Of a stretch of DNA of 64,000 nt, positions 27,486-38,273 are shown piece by piece (the first letter of the stretch is position 1; each line of letters begins with the position of its first letter). Both the position numbers and the translations under genes were made by a program. Under the pieces are notes generated by a model. The model was not told where the DNA came from, did no database searches, and was given only the letters and a program-made list of their open reading frames with translations. This DNA is from a bacterium (GTDB taxonomy: Bacteria; Krumholzibacteriota; Krumholzibacteriia; LZORAL124-64-63). The stretch is from assembly GCA_031441465.1 (NCBI GenBank), contig JANOEP010000066.1:64001-128000 (forward strand). Direction: 5' to 3'.

Positions 27486-28094
27486 ATGTCCAGAACACGC
27501 AACCTGGAACGACGCGACGAAATCCTCGAGAACGCGTCCAGGCTCTTCGCCCAGCACGGCTTTGAAGGTGCCTCGATCCGCCTCATCGCCCGAGAGTGCG
27601 GGATCACCGAGGCGGCCATCTACCGCTACTTCGAAAGCAAGGAACACCTGTTCGAGTCGGTGGTGCGGGCCAAGGCCCGCGCGCACGACATCGAGGGGTA
27701 CCTCGTCGGGCAGCGCAAGCTCGGCGACGTGCTGCAGGTCCTGACGACGGTGGCCCACCACATCCACCAGCTGTCGCGCGATGATCCGCTGCTGCTGCCG
27801 CTGATGGTGATGAGTTCGCTGGGCACCCACCGCGGCAACGACGTGCTGTTCTGCGAGCTGCGCCTGCCCTACATCCGCTTCCTGGCGCGGGAGCTGGCCG
27901 AGCGGCGGGACGCCGGCGAGGTCAAGAACGTCGACCCCTACATCACGGCGCGCTGCTTCGTGGGGATGATCATGGCCTGCGCGCTGAACGCGGACCAGTG
28001 GCGCGACTTCGAACGTCTGGACCTGTCGGCCGCGACGGTGATCGACAACAACATCCCGATCTACGCCGACGGCCTGCGGGCCGTGCCCGCCTAG
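27486..28094 (+). CDS. TetR/AcrR-family transcriptional regulator (copy 2, paralog of 23268..23903)
   Basis: HTH GITEAAIYRYF; shared RCFVGM-x-M-x-CALNA and NN-x-PI; TTGACA at 27418. Confidence 0.93.
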   Translation: MSRTRNLERRDEILENASRLFAQHGFEGASIRLIARECGITEAAIYRYFESKEHLFESVVRAKARAHDIEGYLVGQRKLGDVLQVLTTVAHHIHQLSRDDPLLLPLMVMSSLGTHRGNDVLFCELRLPYIRFLARELAERRDAGEVKNVDPYITARCFVGMIMACALNADQWRDFERLDLSAATVIDNNIPIYADGLRAVPA

Positions 28095-29035
28095 CGCCGG
28101 CGAGAGCGCAACGCCGTCAGCAGGCTCCCCTTGATTCCCGCCCAGGTCGGGCGCACGGCGTTGCACTCCGCGTAGACGCGGCGCGCCTCGTCGTGGCGGC
28201 CGTCGCGGCCCAGGCCCCAGGCGTATCCCAGCTTCGCTTTCAGGATGATGTCCTCCAGGACCCGCCGCCGCGCGGGATCGGCGACGTACGGCCGCTGGCG
28301 CTCGCGCACCGCGATGACGGCCGGCAGGCGGCGCCAGCCGCGCGCCGTGACGCCGCCGTCGACCTTGCGGTAGGCGTGGCCGACGCGGTCCAGGAAGGCG
28401 AAGACCGCGCCCTCGCGGGCCAGGCGCAGCCAAAGGTCCAGGTCGTCGCCGTTGCGCAGCGTCTCGTCGAAGCCGCCGGCGGCCCGCAGCCGCGGTGCGC
28501 GCGCCACGACGCTCGAGGTGCCGACGAAGTTGGCGCGGATCAGGGCATAGTGCAGGTCGGGCCCCGAGAGCAGACCGACGTCCGGCAGGGGAGCGGGGCG
28601 CAGCAGCCGGCGGAATTCCCGGTACCCGTCCAGGAAGCGTTCCTGCAGGACGGCGCCGTCCGCGTCGATCACCTGGAAGTCGGTGAAGCAGAGGTCGACC
28701 TCGGGGCACGCGGCGAAGACCGCGGCCTGGGCCGCGAGCTTGCCGGGCCGCATGAGGTCATCGGCGTCGAACAGCGAAACCAGCTCGTCGCCGCAGTTCG
28801 CCAGGCCGATATTGCGGGGCCGTGAGGGGCCGCCGCTGTTGTCGATCCGCACCGCGGTCACGCGGTCCGCGCGGGCGGCGAGCACCGCGGCCGTGGCGTC
28901 GGTCGAGCCGTCGTCCACGACCACGACCGTGCGCGGCGGCGGCACTTGCGCGAGCACCGAGTCGAGGGTTGCCGGCAGGGTGGCCGCCGCCTGGTAGGCG
29001 GGCAGCACGACGCTGACGGGCGGCTGGTCGATCAT
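28091..29035 (-). CDS. Glycosyltransferase family 2
   Basis: VSVVLPAY, VVDDGSTD, RNIG, FDADD, DDLDLWLR. Confidence 0.92.
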   Translation of the reverse strand: MIDQPPVSVVLPAYQAAATLPATLDSVLAQVPPPRTVVVVDDGSTDATAAVLAARADRVTAVRIDNSGGPSRPRNIGLANCGDELVSLFDADDLMRPGKLAAQAAVFAACPEVDLCFTDFQVIDADGAVLQERFLDGYREFRRLLRPAPLPDVGLLSGPDLHYALIRANFVGTSSVVARAPRLRAAGGFDETLRNGDDLDLWLRLAREGAVFAFLDRVGHAYRKVDGGVTARGWRRLPAVIAVRERQRPYVADPARRRVLEDIILKAKLGYAWGLGRDGRHDEARRVYAECNAVRPTWAGIKGSLLTALRSRRR

Positions 29036-29159
29036 GGGGGCATCTCCTCCGCGGGCACCCTAGCACAGGGGCCGCGACCGGTCAGCAGGCACTTGATCCG
29101 AGCCGCGCGGTCCCCCACAATGGCGGGCGACGACACTGACCCGAACCTCCGGAGCACCG

Positions 29160-30140
29160 ATGGAAGCCCGTGACAAGCTCGACCGCATCGCCGCCGGCTA
29201 CCAGGACGCCTTCATCCTGCTGACCGGCCTGCGCGTCGGCGTCTTCGACGCCCTGGCCGACGGGCCGCGCACCCCGGCGGAACTCGCCGCCCGGCTCGAA
29301 CTCGACACGCGGGCCCTGGACCTCGTGCTCCACGCCCTGGCCGCGGTCGGGATTCTGGTCAAGGAGGGCGATCGCTTCCGGATCGAAGCGGACTGCGCCC
29401 CGCTGCTGGTCGCGGACTCGCCCGCCACCATGGCCAGCATCTACCGCCACCACGACCGCCTGAGCCATCGCTGGATCCGGCTGGAGGAGACGCTGCGCAC
29501 CGGCAAGCCGGTCCCGCGCGACGGCGCCGGCCGCGCGCCGCGCGAGCACCGCGACTACATCTGCGGCATGGAGAACATCTCGCGCGGCAGCAGCCGCGAC
29601 GCGGCCGCCGCCATCGACTTCTCCGCGGCGCGACGCCTGCTGGACGTGGGCGGCGGCCCCGGCACCGCGTCGCTCGTCTTCGCCGCGGCGAATCCCGCCC
29701 TGCGCTGCGTCGTCTTCGACCTGCCCGAGACCACGGCCATCGCGCGCGAGATGATCGCCGCCTCGGGGTTCGCCGACCGCGTCACGGCCGTCGACGGCGA
29801 CTTCCACGCCGACGACTTCGGCGAGGGCTTCGACGTGGTCTACGTTTCGAACATCATCCACATGCTGCCGCCCGAGGCCACGGCGATGATCGCACGCAAG
29901 GCCCGCGCCGCGCTGGTCCCGGGCGGGCGGCTGATGTTCAAGGACTTCTACCTCGACGACACGCGCACCGCGCCGGCCCACGCGGCCCGGTTCGGCGTCA
30001 ACATGCTGGTCGGGACCGAGGGCGGGAAGTCGTACACCCTGACCGAAACGAAGGCCATCATGGCCGAGGCCGGGTTCGGCGCCTTCACGGAAGTGCCGGT
30101 GGGCGGCCGCAGCCTGGTGGTGATCGGAACGCGGCGCTGA
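29160..30140 (+). CDS. SAM-dependent O-methyltransferase with N-terminal dimerisation domain
   Basis: LLDVGGGPG, FDLP, GDF, SNIIH, L-x-PGG. Confidence 0.88.
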   Translation: MEARDKLDRIAAGYQDAFILLTGLRVGVFDALADGPRTPAELAARLELDTRALDLVLHALAAVGILVKEGDRFRIEADCAPLLVADSPATMASIYRHHDRLSHRWIRLEETLRTGKPVPRDGAGRAPREHRDYICGMENISRGSSRDAAAAIDFSAARRLLDVGGGPGTASLVFAAANPALRCVVFDLPETTAIAREMIAASGFADRVTAVDGDFHADDFGEGFDVVYVSNIIHMLPPEATAMIARKARAALVPGGRLMFKDFYLDDTRTAPAHAARFGVNMLVGTEGGKSYTLTETKAIMAEAGFGAFTEVPVGGRSLVVIGTRR

Positions 30141-30200
30141 CCGGCGCGGACGGTGAAAATAAGTGGGCGCGCCTCCGGCCGAAGGTCTATCCTGGTAGCC

Positions 30201-32291
30201 ATGAACGAACCAGCCGACGCGGGCCGCGCCCGCCCCAGCGACAGCCGGTCCAACCGACTCGGCGACGAGGCGTCCGCCTACCTGCGGCAGCACGCCGGCA
30301 ACCCCATCCACTGGCAGCCCTGGGACCGCGACGCCCTGGCGCACGCCCGCGACCGGGATCTGCCGATCTTCCTGTCGATCGGCTACGCGTCCTGCCACTG
30401 GTGCCACGTCATGGCGCACGAGGTCTTCGAGGACGCGGAAGTGGCCGCGCTGCTGAACGAGCGGTTCGTCTGCATCAAGGTCGACCGCGAGGAACGCCCC
30501 GACCTGGACGAGGCCTACATGGCCGCCGTGACGGCGCAGTCCGGTCGCGGCGGCTGGCCGCTGTCGGTGTTCCTGACCTCGGACCTGCAGCCCTTCCACG
30601 GCGCCACCTACGTGCCTCGGGCGCGCTTCCTGGAACTCTGCCACCGGATCGACGAAGCCTACCGCTCGCACCGCGGCGAGCTGCAGATCCAGGCGGGGCA
30701 GCTGGCCGGCGCGATCGCCGCCGTCCCGTTCGACGACGACGGGCCGCCCATCACGACGGACGCGGTGGCGGCCGTGGCGCGGCAGGGCCTCGCCCACCAC
30801 GACCCCGAATGGGGCGGTTTTCTGCAGCACCAGAAGTTCCCCACGCCGTTGCGGTGGCAGTTCCTGCTGCACCACCACCGCCGCACCGGCGACCCGCTGG
30901 CCGCCACGGCGCTGCGACGCACGCTGGAGGCGATGGCCACGGGTGGGATCCGCGACCACCTGGGCGGCGGTTTCCACCGCTACACGGTCGAGGAGACCTG
31001 GCTGGTGCCCCACTTCGAGATCATGCTCTACGACAACGCCCAGCTCGCGAGTCTCTACCTGGAGGCGGGCGCCGCCCTGGGTCAGCCGTGGTACCTCGGG
31101 GTGGCCCGCGACGTCCTGGATTTCCTGCTGGGCGAGATGCGCGATGGCGAGGGCGGCTTCTGCGCCAGCTTTGACGCCGACAGCGGCGGGCAGGAGGGCA
31201 GCTACTACGTCTGGACCCCGCAGGAGATCCTCGCGGCCGCGGGCGCGCGCGACGGGCCGCTGCTGGCGACCCTGCTCGGGGTGGCGCCCGGAGGCAACTT
31301 CGAGGGCCGCAGCATCCTGACGCGGCGCGTGGACGCGCCCCACGCGGCCATGCGGCACGGCCGCGAGCCGGCCGAGGCGGCGGCCTTGTTCGACCGTTTG
31401 CGCCCTCGACTGCGCGAGATCCGCGCAGCACGCACCGCACCGGCGCGGGACCGCAAGATCGTGACCGCCTGGAACGGCCTGGCGTTGTCGGCGCTGGCGC
31501 GGGCCTCCGCACAACTCGACGAGCCCGCCTACGGCCTGGCCGCCCGGCAAATCGCCGAACACCTCTGGTCGGCGCATCGCGACGCCCGTGGGCGCCTCGT
31601 GCGTGCGGTGACCGACGGCCGGCCCGCGGGCGAGGGCGTGCTCGACGACTACGCCTGCTTCGCCGAGGGCCTGCTGGACCTTTACCAGGCGACCGGCGAC
31701 GCCGAACAGCTGCGGCGCGCCCACGAGTTGCTGGACACCGCCGTGACGCTCTTCGCCGACGACGAACTGGGGTTCGCCCTGACGGCCCGCGACGTCGACC
31801 TGCCTCTGGGCCGGCGCGCCGATTTCTTCGACAGCGTCGAGCCCTCGGGCGCGGCCTCCCTGCTGCACGGCCTCTGGCGCGCGGCGCTGCTGGCGGGCGA
31901 CCAGGCGGGGCAAGCGCGCGTGGTCGACCACCTGCGCCGCCGCGGCGCGCTGCTGGAACGCGCCGGTCTGGAGATGGCCTGGTGGGCCGACGCGGCGCTG
32001 CTGGCCGTGGCCCCGGGCTACGCGGCGGTCATCGCCGGTGATCCCGACGCCCGGGACACCCGCGCCTTGCGGGCCGCCTTCTGGAGCCTGGCGCCGCCCT
32101 GGGCGGTGCTGGCGACCGTGCCCGCGGCGGGCGCCGACGAATCCTTGCGTCCCCTGATTCCGGTGGCTGCCGGCCTGACGGCGCGCCACGGCCGCGCTGT
32201 CGCCCACGTCTGCCTTCCCGGCGCCTGCGGCGCCCCGACGTCGGACCCCGACGAGTTCGCGCGGCAGTTGCTCGGGGGCTGGAATTGCTGA
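30201..32291 (+). CDS. Thioredoxin-domain-containing protein, YyaL/SSP411 family
   Basis: NRL...YL.QH..NP.HW, SIGYASCHWCHVM, KVDREERPD, GGWP, GGFHRY, PHFE.MLYDNA. Confidence 0.92.
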   Translation: MNEPADAGRARPSDSRSNRLGDEASAYLRQHAGNPIHWQPWDRDALAHARDRDLPIFLSIGYASCHWCHVMAHEVFEDAEVAALLNERFVCIKVDREERPDLDEAYMAAVTAQSGRGGWPLSVFLTSDLQPFHGATYVPRARFLELCHRIDEAYRSHRGELQIQAGQLAGAIAAVPFDDDGPPITTDAVAAVARQGLAHHDPEWGGFLQHQKFPTPLRWQFLLHHHRRTGDPLAATALRRTLEAMATGGIRDHLGGGFHRYTVEETWLVPHFEIMLYDNAQLASLYLEAGAALGQPWYLGVARDVLDFLLGEMRDGEGGFCASFDADSGGQEGSYYVWTPQEILAAAGARDGPLLATLLGVAPGGNFEGRSILTRRVDAPHAAMRHGREPAEAAALFDRLRPRLREIRAARTAPARDRKIVTAWNGLALSALARASAQLDEPAYGLAARQIAEHLWSAHRDARGRLVRAVTDGRPAGEGVLDDYACFAEGLLDLYQATGDAEQLRRAHELLDTAVTLFADDELGFALTARDVDLPLGRRADFFDSVEPSGAASLLHGLWRAALLAGDQAGQARVVDHLRRRGALLERAGLEMAWWADAALLAVAPGYAAVIAGDPDARDTRALRAAFWSLAPPWAVLATVPAAGADESLRPLIPVAAGLTARHGRAVAHVCLPGACGAPTSDPDEFARQLLGGWNC

Positions 32292-32422
32292 GGCGCGCCG
32301 GCCCTGGTTGTGTGGGGTCTTGACGGCGACCATAAATAAGAGTAAGATCATCCACTGATCGCGGTCCAGCCGGCCGCTTGTTTCTTCAGAGTCCTCAGCT
32401 CAGGATCGGGAGTCCAGCACAG

Positions 32423-32530
32423 ATGTCCAGTCTCACCGCACGGACCGTCCACGCAGCCAACCGCCGATGGCGGTCGTGGCGTGGTCTGACGGGCGCGGAA
32501 GGTCGGCTGTGCGGAGGAACGGACCGGTAA
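32423..32530 (+). CDS. trpL: Putative trp leader peptide (35 aa, Trp16 and Trp19)
   Basis: MSSLTARTVHAANRRWRSWRGLTGAEGRLCGGTDR*; GGGAG upstream; precedes terminator and trpE. Confidence 0.62.
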   Translation: MSSLTARTVHAANRRWRSWRGLTGAEGRLCGGTDR

Positions 32531-32557
32531 CACCGGACCTACCCCGATCCCCTCAGT

Positions 32558-32585
32558 CCCACCATCCGCAGATGGTGGGTTTTTT
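32558..32585 (+). terminator. trp attenuator terminator
   Basis: CCCACCATC-CGCA-GATGGTGGG + 6 T, 24 nt before trpE start. Confidence 0.88.
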
Positions 32586-32609
32586 CATGTCCGTGACAAC
32601 GGAGGGACG

Positions 32610-34064
32610 ATGGGCACCACGACGCATCCCGGCTCGACGCGGCTCCGCACGCCCCGTCGGCGCCGTATCCCCGCCGACCTCGACACGCCGGTGTCGGCGT
32701 ACCTGAAGCTGGCGCCGCTGGGCGCGTGCTTCCTGCTCGAGAGCGTGGAGAAGGGAATCCAGCTGGGCCGGCACTCCTTCGTCGGCATCGGCCCCTGCAC
32801 CACGATCACGTTGCGCGACGGCACGGCGACCGTGGCGCGCGGCGGCGCCGAGCGCCGCGAGCCGGTCGATCCGGGCGACATCTTCGCCCCGGTCCGCCGC
32901 GAACTCGCGTCCCTGGACCTGCCGCCGGACCTGGACCTGCCGGCCCCGTTCGGCGGCGCGGTGGGCGCCATCGCCTACGATTGCGTGCGCCACTTCGAGC
33001 ACGTACCGCTGCCCGAGACCGGCTGGCTGGACGCGCCCGACTACCATTTCGTCATCCCGACGACCCTGGCGGTCTTCGACCACGTCAAGAGCGAGATCGA
33101 ACTGTGGACCCTGGCGTCGGACGAGGGAACACGGTCCGCCGACGAGCAGCTCGACCGGCTCTTGGCCGCGCTGGCCGCGCCCCTGCCGGCGCTACCGGCG
33201 GCGGCGCCGCCGGCGCCGCACGCCGCACCCGAGTTCTCGGTCACCCGCGAGGAGTTCGAGGCTTCCGTCCGCCGCGCCAAGGAACACATCCTGGCCGGCG
33301 ACTGCTTCCAGGTCGTGCTGTCGCAGGCCCTGCGCGGGACGACCGCCGCCCACCCCTTCCATATCTACCGGGCGCTGCGCATCCTGAACCCCTCGCCCTA
33401 CCTCTTCTACCTCGACCACGGCGACACGCAGGTGATCGGGTCTTCGCCCGAGGTGCTGGTGAAGCTCGAGCGCGGGCGCGTCACGCTGTGCCCGATCGCC
33501 GGCACCCGCCCGCGCGACGAGGACGTGGCCGCGGACCTCGCCCTGGAGCGGGATCTGCTGGCCGATCCGAAGGAACGCGCCGAGCACGTGATGCTCGTGG
33601 ACCTGGGCCGCAACGATCTCGGCCGGGTCTGTGTGACCGACAGCGTGCGCACCGAAGCCTTCATGACGATCGAGCGCTACTCGCACGTCATGCACATCGT
33701 GTCGCGGATCACCGGGACGCTGCGGCCCGAACACGACCAGTTCGACCTGCTGCGGGCGGCCTTTCCGGCCGGCACGGTGTCGGGCGCGCCGAAGATCCGG
33801 GCCATGGCGGTGATCTCCGAGCTGGAGGGACTGCGGCGGGGGGCCTACGCCGGCGCCGTGGGCTACTTCGGCCCGCGCGGCGACATGGACATGAGCATCG
33901 CCATCCGCACCCTGCACGTCCGGGACGGCCGGTTCTACGCGCAGGCGGGAGCCGGCATCGTGGCCGATTCGGACCCCGGGCGTGAATACCAGGAGACTCT
34001 CGACAAGATCGGCGCGCTGATCCGCGCGGTGGAGATCGCCCAGGAGGGATTCCGATGCACCTGA
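32610..34064 (+). CDS. trpE: Anthranilate synthase component I
   Basis: FLLESVE, NPSPY, SSPE, PIAGTRPR, AEHVMLVDLGRND, AGTVSGAPKIRAM. Confidence 0.96.
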   Translation: MGTTTHPGSTRLRTPRRRRIPADLDTPVSAYLKLAPLGACFLLESVEKGIQLGRHSFVGIGPCTTITLRDGTATVARGGAERREPVDPGDIFAPVRRELASLDLPPDLDLPAPFGGAVGAIAYDCVRHFEHVPLPETGWLDAPDYHFVIPTTLAVFDHVKSEIELWTLASDEGTRSADEQLDRLLAALAAPLPALPAAAPPAPHAAPEFSVTREEFEASVRRAKEHILAGDCFQVVLSQALRGTTAAHPFHIYRALRILNPSPYLFYLDHGDTQVIGSSPEVLVKLERGRVTLCPIAGTRPRDEDVAADLALERDLLADPKERAEHVMLVDLGRNDLGRVCVTDSVRTEAFMTIERYSHVMHIVSRITGTLRPEHDQFDLLRAAFPAGTVSGAPKIRAMAVISELEGLRRGAYAGAVGYFGPRGDMDMSIAIRTLHVRDGRFYAQAGAGIVADSDPGREYQETLDKIGALIRAVEIAQEGFRCT

Positions 34065-34636
34065 TGATCGACAACTACGACTCGTTCACCTTCAACGTGG
34101 TCCAGGCGCTCGCGACGCTGGGCGCCGAGGTGGAGGTCGTGCGCAACGACGCGCTCAGCGTCGCGCAGATCGCGGCGCGGCGCCCCGCGTCGCTGATCAT
34201 CTCGCCCGGGCCGGGCCGTCCCGTCGACGCGGGCGTCTCGCTCGCCGCGATCCGGGAATTCGCCGGGCGGATCCCGATCCTGGGTGTCTGCCTGGGTCAC
34301 CAGTGCATCGTCGAGGCTTTCGGCGGCGAGGTGGTGCGGGCGGAGCGGGTCATGCACGGCAAGACCTCGCGCATCTACAACGACGGCCGCACCCTGTACG
34401 AAGGGATGTCGAACCCCTTCGAGGCGACGCGCTACCACTCGCTGATCGCGCGCGAGGAGACCCTGCCCGGAGTTCTGGAAATCAGCGCCTTCACGTCCGA
34501 GGGCGAGATCATGGGCGTGCGCCATCGCGAGCACCCGATCGAGGGCGTGCAGTTCCATCCCGAATCGATCCTGACGCGGGAGGGGCCGGCCCTGTTCGCG
34601 AACTTCCTGCGCCTGGCCGCCGCCGCCGTGCGCTGA
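34055..34636 (+). CDS. trpG: Anthranilate synthase component II (glutamine amidotransferase)
   Basis: IDNYDSFT, SPGPG, GVCLGHQ, RYHSL, GVQFHPES. Confidence 0.96.
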   Translation: MHLMIDNYDSFTFNVVQALATLGAEVEVVRNDALSVAQIAARRPASLIISPGPGRPVDAGVSLAAIREFAGRIPILGVCLGHQCIVEAFGGEVVRAERVMHGKTSRIYNDGRTLYEGMSNPFEATRYHSLIAREETLPGVLEISAFTSEGEIMGVRHREHPIEGVQFHPESILTREGPALFANFLRLAAAAVR

Positions 34637-34647
34637 AAGGAGGAGCC

Positions 34648-35672
34648 ATGGATCCCCGACTGCTCGATCGCCTGCTCGACGGCCGCGATCTGGACGCCGA
34701 TCAGGCCGAAGCGCTCCTGGACGCGGTCATGGACGGAATCCTCGGCGAGGCGCGCCTCGCGGCCCTGCTGGCGGCCCTGCGCGCCAAGGGCGAGACCGAG
34801 GACGAGATCACCGGTTTCGCCCGGTCGCTGCGCCGGCACGCGGTGCGCGTCGAACCGGCGCCGAGCGGCGCGATCGACACCTGCGGCACCGGGGGCGACG
34901 GCTCCGGAAACTTCAACATCTCCACCGCGACCGCGCTGGTGGCCGCGGCGATGGGCATCCCGGTGGCCAAGCACGGCAACCGGGCCGTCTCGTCGCGCTG
35001 CGGCAGCGCCGACGTCCTGGAGGCGCTGGGGGTGGCGGTGGACCTACCGCCGGAACGGGCCGCGGTCCTGGTGGAGAGCGTCGGCATCGGTTTCCTGTTC
35101 GCGCCCCTGCACCATCCCGCCCTGCGGCAGGCCGCGACCGTGCGCCGCGAACTCGGCGTGCGCACCGTCTTCAACCTGCTGGGTCCCCTGGCGAACCCGG
35201 CCGGGGTGCGCCGCCAATTGTTGGGCGTCTACGCCCCCGCTCTGGTGCCGAAGATGGTCCGTGCGCTGCGCCGGCTCGGGACCGAGCGCGCCTTTGTGGT
35301 GCACGGCGACGACGGCTCCGACGAGGTCTCGCTGACCGGCCCGACGATGGTCGCCGAGCTGCGCGGCGGCGTGATCCGCACCACCGTGTTCGTGCCGGAG
35401 AAGGCGGGATTGCCGCGTTGTGCGGCGGCGGACCTGTCCGGCGGCGACGCGCAGCTCAACGCGGCGCTGGTGCGTGGGGTCCTGGCGGGCGAGCCCGGGC
35501 CGCGGCGCGACGCCGTGCTGCTGAACGCGGGCTTCTGCGCGGTGCTGGCCGACCTCGCCGCGAACCCGGCGCAGGGCGTGGCCCTGGCCCGCCGCGCCGT
35601 CGAGTCGGGCGAGGCGTCGGCCGTGCTCGAGCGTCTGGTCGACGCTTCGCAGAAGCTGGCGAGGGAGGCGTC

Positions 35673-35676
<4 letters not shown>
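34648..35676 (+). CDS. trpD: Anthranilate phosphoribosyltransferase
   Basis: DTCGTGGDG, NISTA, KHGNRAVSS, RTVFNLLGPL. Confidence 0.96.
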
Positions 35677-36448
<772 letters not shown>

Positions 36449-36452
<4 letters not shown>

Positions 36453-37087
36453 GCCGCGTCCACGTCAAGATCTGCGGCCTGACCACCCCCGACGACGTGC
36501 GGTTCTGCCACGCCGCGGGCGCCCGCTACCTCGGCGTGATCCTCGCGCCGAGCCCGCGCCGCGTCGCGCCCGACGACGTGAAGCTGCTGCGCGACGCCGC
36601 GCCCGAGGCGCTGCTGGTGGGCGTCTTCGTGGACGCGCCGCTGCCGACCATCGGCCTCGCCGCGGACCACGCGGGCTTCGACTTCGTGCAGCTGCACGGG
36701 CGCGAGGACGCCGCGACGGTGCTGGCGGTGCGCGAGCGCTGCGGCGTGCCGGTCATCAAGGCCGTGCGGCCCGGCGAACTGGCGGACCCCGCCGTCGCCG
36801 CCGCCGCCGCCGAAGCCGCGGACTTCGTGCTGTTCGATCTGCCGAAGGGGTTCCCACCCGACGCGGGACTACGCGAGCGCCTGTGGGAGGAGGCCGCCGC
36901 CGCCGTGCGGGCGGGCCGCCGGGTCCTGCTGGGCGGCGGCCTGACGCCGGCGGACGCCGCCGAGGCGGCGCACCGGGTCCGGCCGTACGCGCTGGACGTG
37001 GCCTCGGGCGTCGAATCGGCGCCGGGTCGCAAGGATCCCGCCGCCGTCCGCGCCTTCATGGAGGAGGTCGCCCGTGTCCGCGCCTGA
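36449..37087 (+). CDS. trpF: Phosphoribosylanthranilate isomerase
   Basis: [21 protein letters not shown]...GRKD. Confidence 0.93.
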
Positions 37088-38273
37088 ATTCTCCGCAACA
37101 GGTCGCTTCGGCCTTTATGGCGGCCGCTACGTCCCCGAGACCCTGATGCCCGGACTGATCGAGCTGGAGGCCGCCTTCCACGCGGCCTGGGTCGACCCGG
37201 CGTTCCGGTCCAAACTCGACGCGCTGCGCCGCGACTACGGCGGCCGCCCGACGCCCCTGTTCCGCGCCCGCCGCTTCGGCGCGGCCCACGGCGGCGGGGC
37301 CGAAGTCTGGCTGAAGCGCGAGGACCTCAACCACACCGGCGCCCACAAGATCAACAACAGCCTGGGCCAGGCGCTGCTCGCGCGGCGCATGGGCAAGCGG
37401 CGTGTGGTGGCCGAGACCGGCGCCGGCCAGCACGGCGTGGCCACCGCCGCGGCCTGCGCCCTGTTGGGACTGGAGTGCGTGGTGCACATGGGCGAGGCGG
37501 ACATGGCGCGCCAGGCGCCCAACGTCGCCCGCATGCGCCTGCTGGGAGCCCGCGTGGTCCCGGTCGGCGGCGGCAGCCGCACGCTCAAGGACGCCACCAG
37601 CGAGGCGATCCGCGACTGGGTCGCCAACGTCGCCACCACGCACTACATCCTGGGCTCGACCGTGGGTCCGCATCCCTACCCGACGATCGTGCGCGAACTG
37701 CAGGCGGTGATCGGCGGTGAGGCCCGCGCACAGTTCCTGGCCGCGACGGGCCGGTTGCCCGCGACGGTCGTGGCCTGCGTGGGCGGCGGCAGCAACGCCC
37801 TGGGCATCTTCAGCGCTTTCCTCGCGGACGACGGCGTCGCCCTAGTGGGCGTGGAGGCCGGCGGCTCGGCGGCCGGCCACTCGGCCGCTCTGGGACGCGG
37901 CACGCCCGGCGTCCTGCACGGCGCCTATTCCTACCTGCTCCAGGACGACGACGGCCAGGTCACCGCCGCCCATTCCATCGCCGCGGGCCTGGACTATCCC
38001 GGCGTGGGCCCCGAGCACGGGCACCTCAAGGACACCGGCCGCGCCGTCTACGAGGAAGTCGACGACCGCGAGGCGCTCGCGGCTTTCCACGCGCTGTGCC
38101 GACTGGAAGGGATCATCCCCGCGCTGGAGTCCAGCCACGCGCTGGCCTGGGTCGCGCGCCGGCAGACGCAGGCGCCCGCGCTGGCGGGGCCGATCCTGGT
38201 GAACCTCTCGGGCCGCGGGGACAAGGACCTCGCCGAATTCGTGACCGGGTCCGCGGGAGGCGGCCCGTCATGA
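37074..38273 (+). CDS. trpB: Tryptophan synthase beta chain
   Basis: [49 protein letters not shown]. Confidence 0.98.
   Translation: MSAPEFSATGRFGLYGGRYVPETLMPGLIELEAAFHAAWVDPAFRSKLDALRRDYGGRPTPLFRARRFGAAHGGGAEVWLKREDLNHTGAHKINNSLGQALLARRMGKRRVVAETGAGQHGVATAAACALLGLECVVHMGEADMARQAPNVARMRLLGARVVPVGGGSRTLKDATSEAIRDWVANVATTHYILGSTVGPHPYPTIVRELQAVIGGEARAQFLAATGRLPATVVACVGGGSNALGIFSAFLADDGVALVGVEAGGSAAGHSAALGRGTPGVLHGAYSYLLQDDDGQVTAAHSIAAGLDYPGVGPEHGHLKDTGRAVYEEVDDREALAAFHALCRLEGIIPALESSHALAWVARRQTQAPALAGPILVNLSGRGDKDLAEFVTGSAGGGPS

Noticed and set aside
30138..30200. In-frame TGA between the methyltransferase and the YyaL-like gene as a third read-through
   Set aside because: Both proteins are complete families on their own; no Cys-type context and no SECIS-like hairpin
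32330..32590. T-box or TRAP-type control of the trp operon
   Set aside because: No T-box consensus (AAGGTGGTACC-like) or (G/T)AG repeat array seen; a Trp-containing leader ORF fits better
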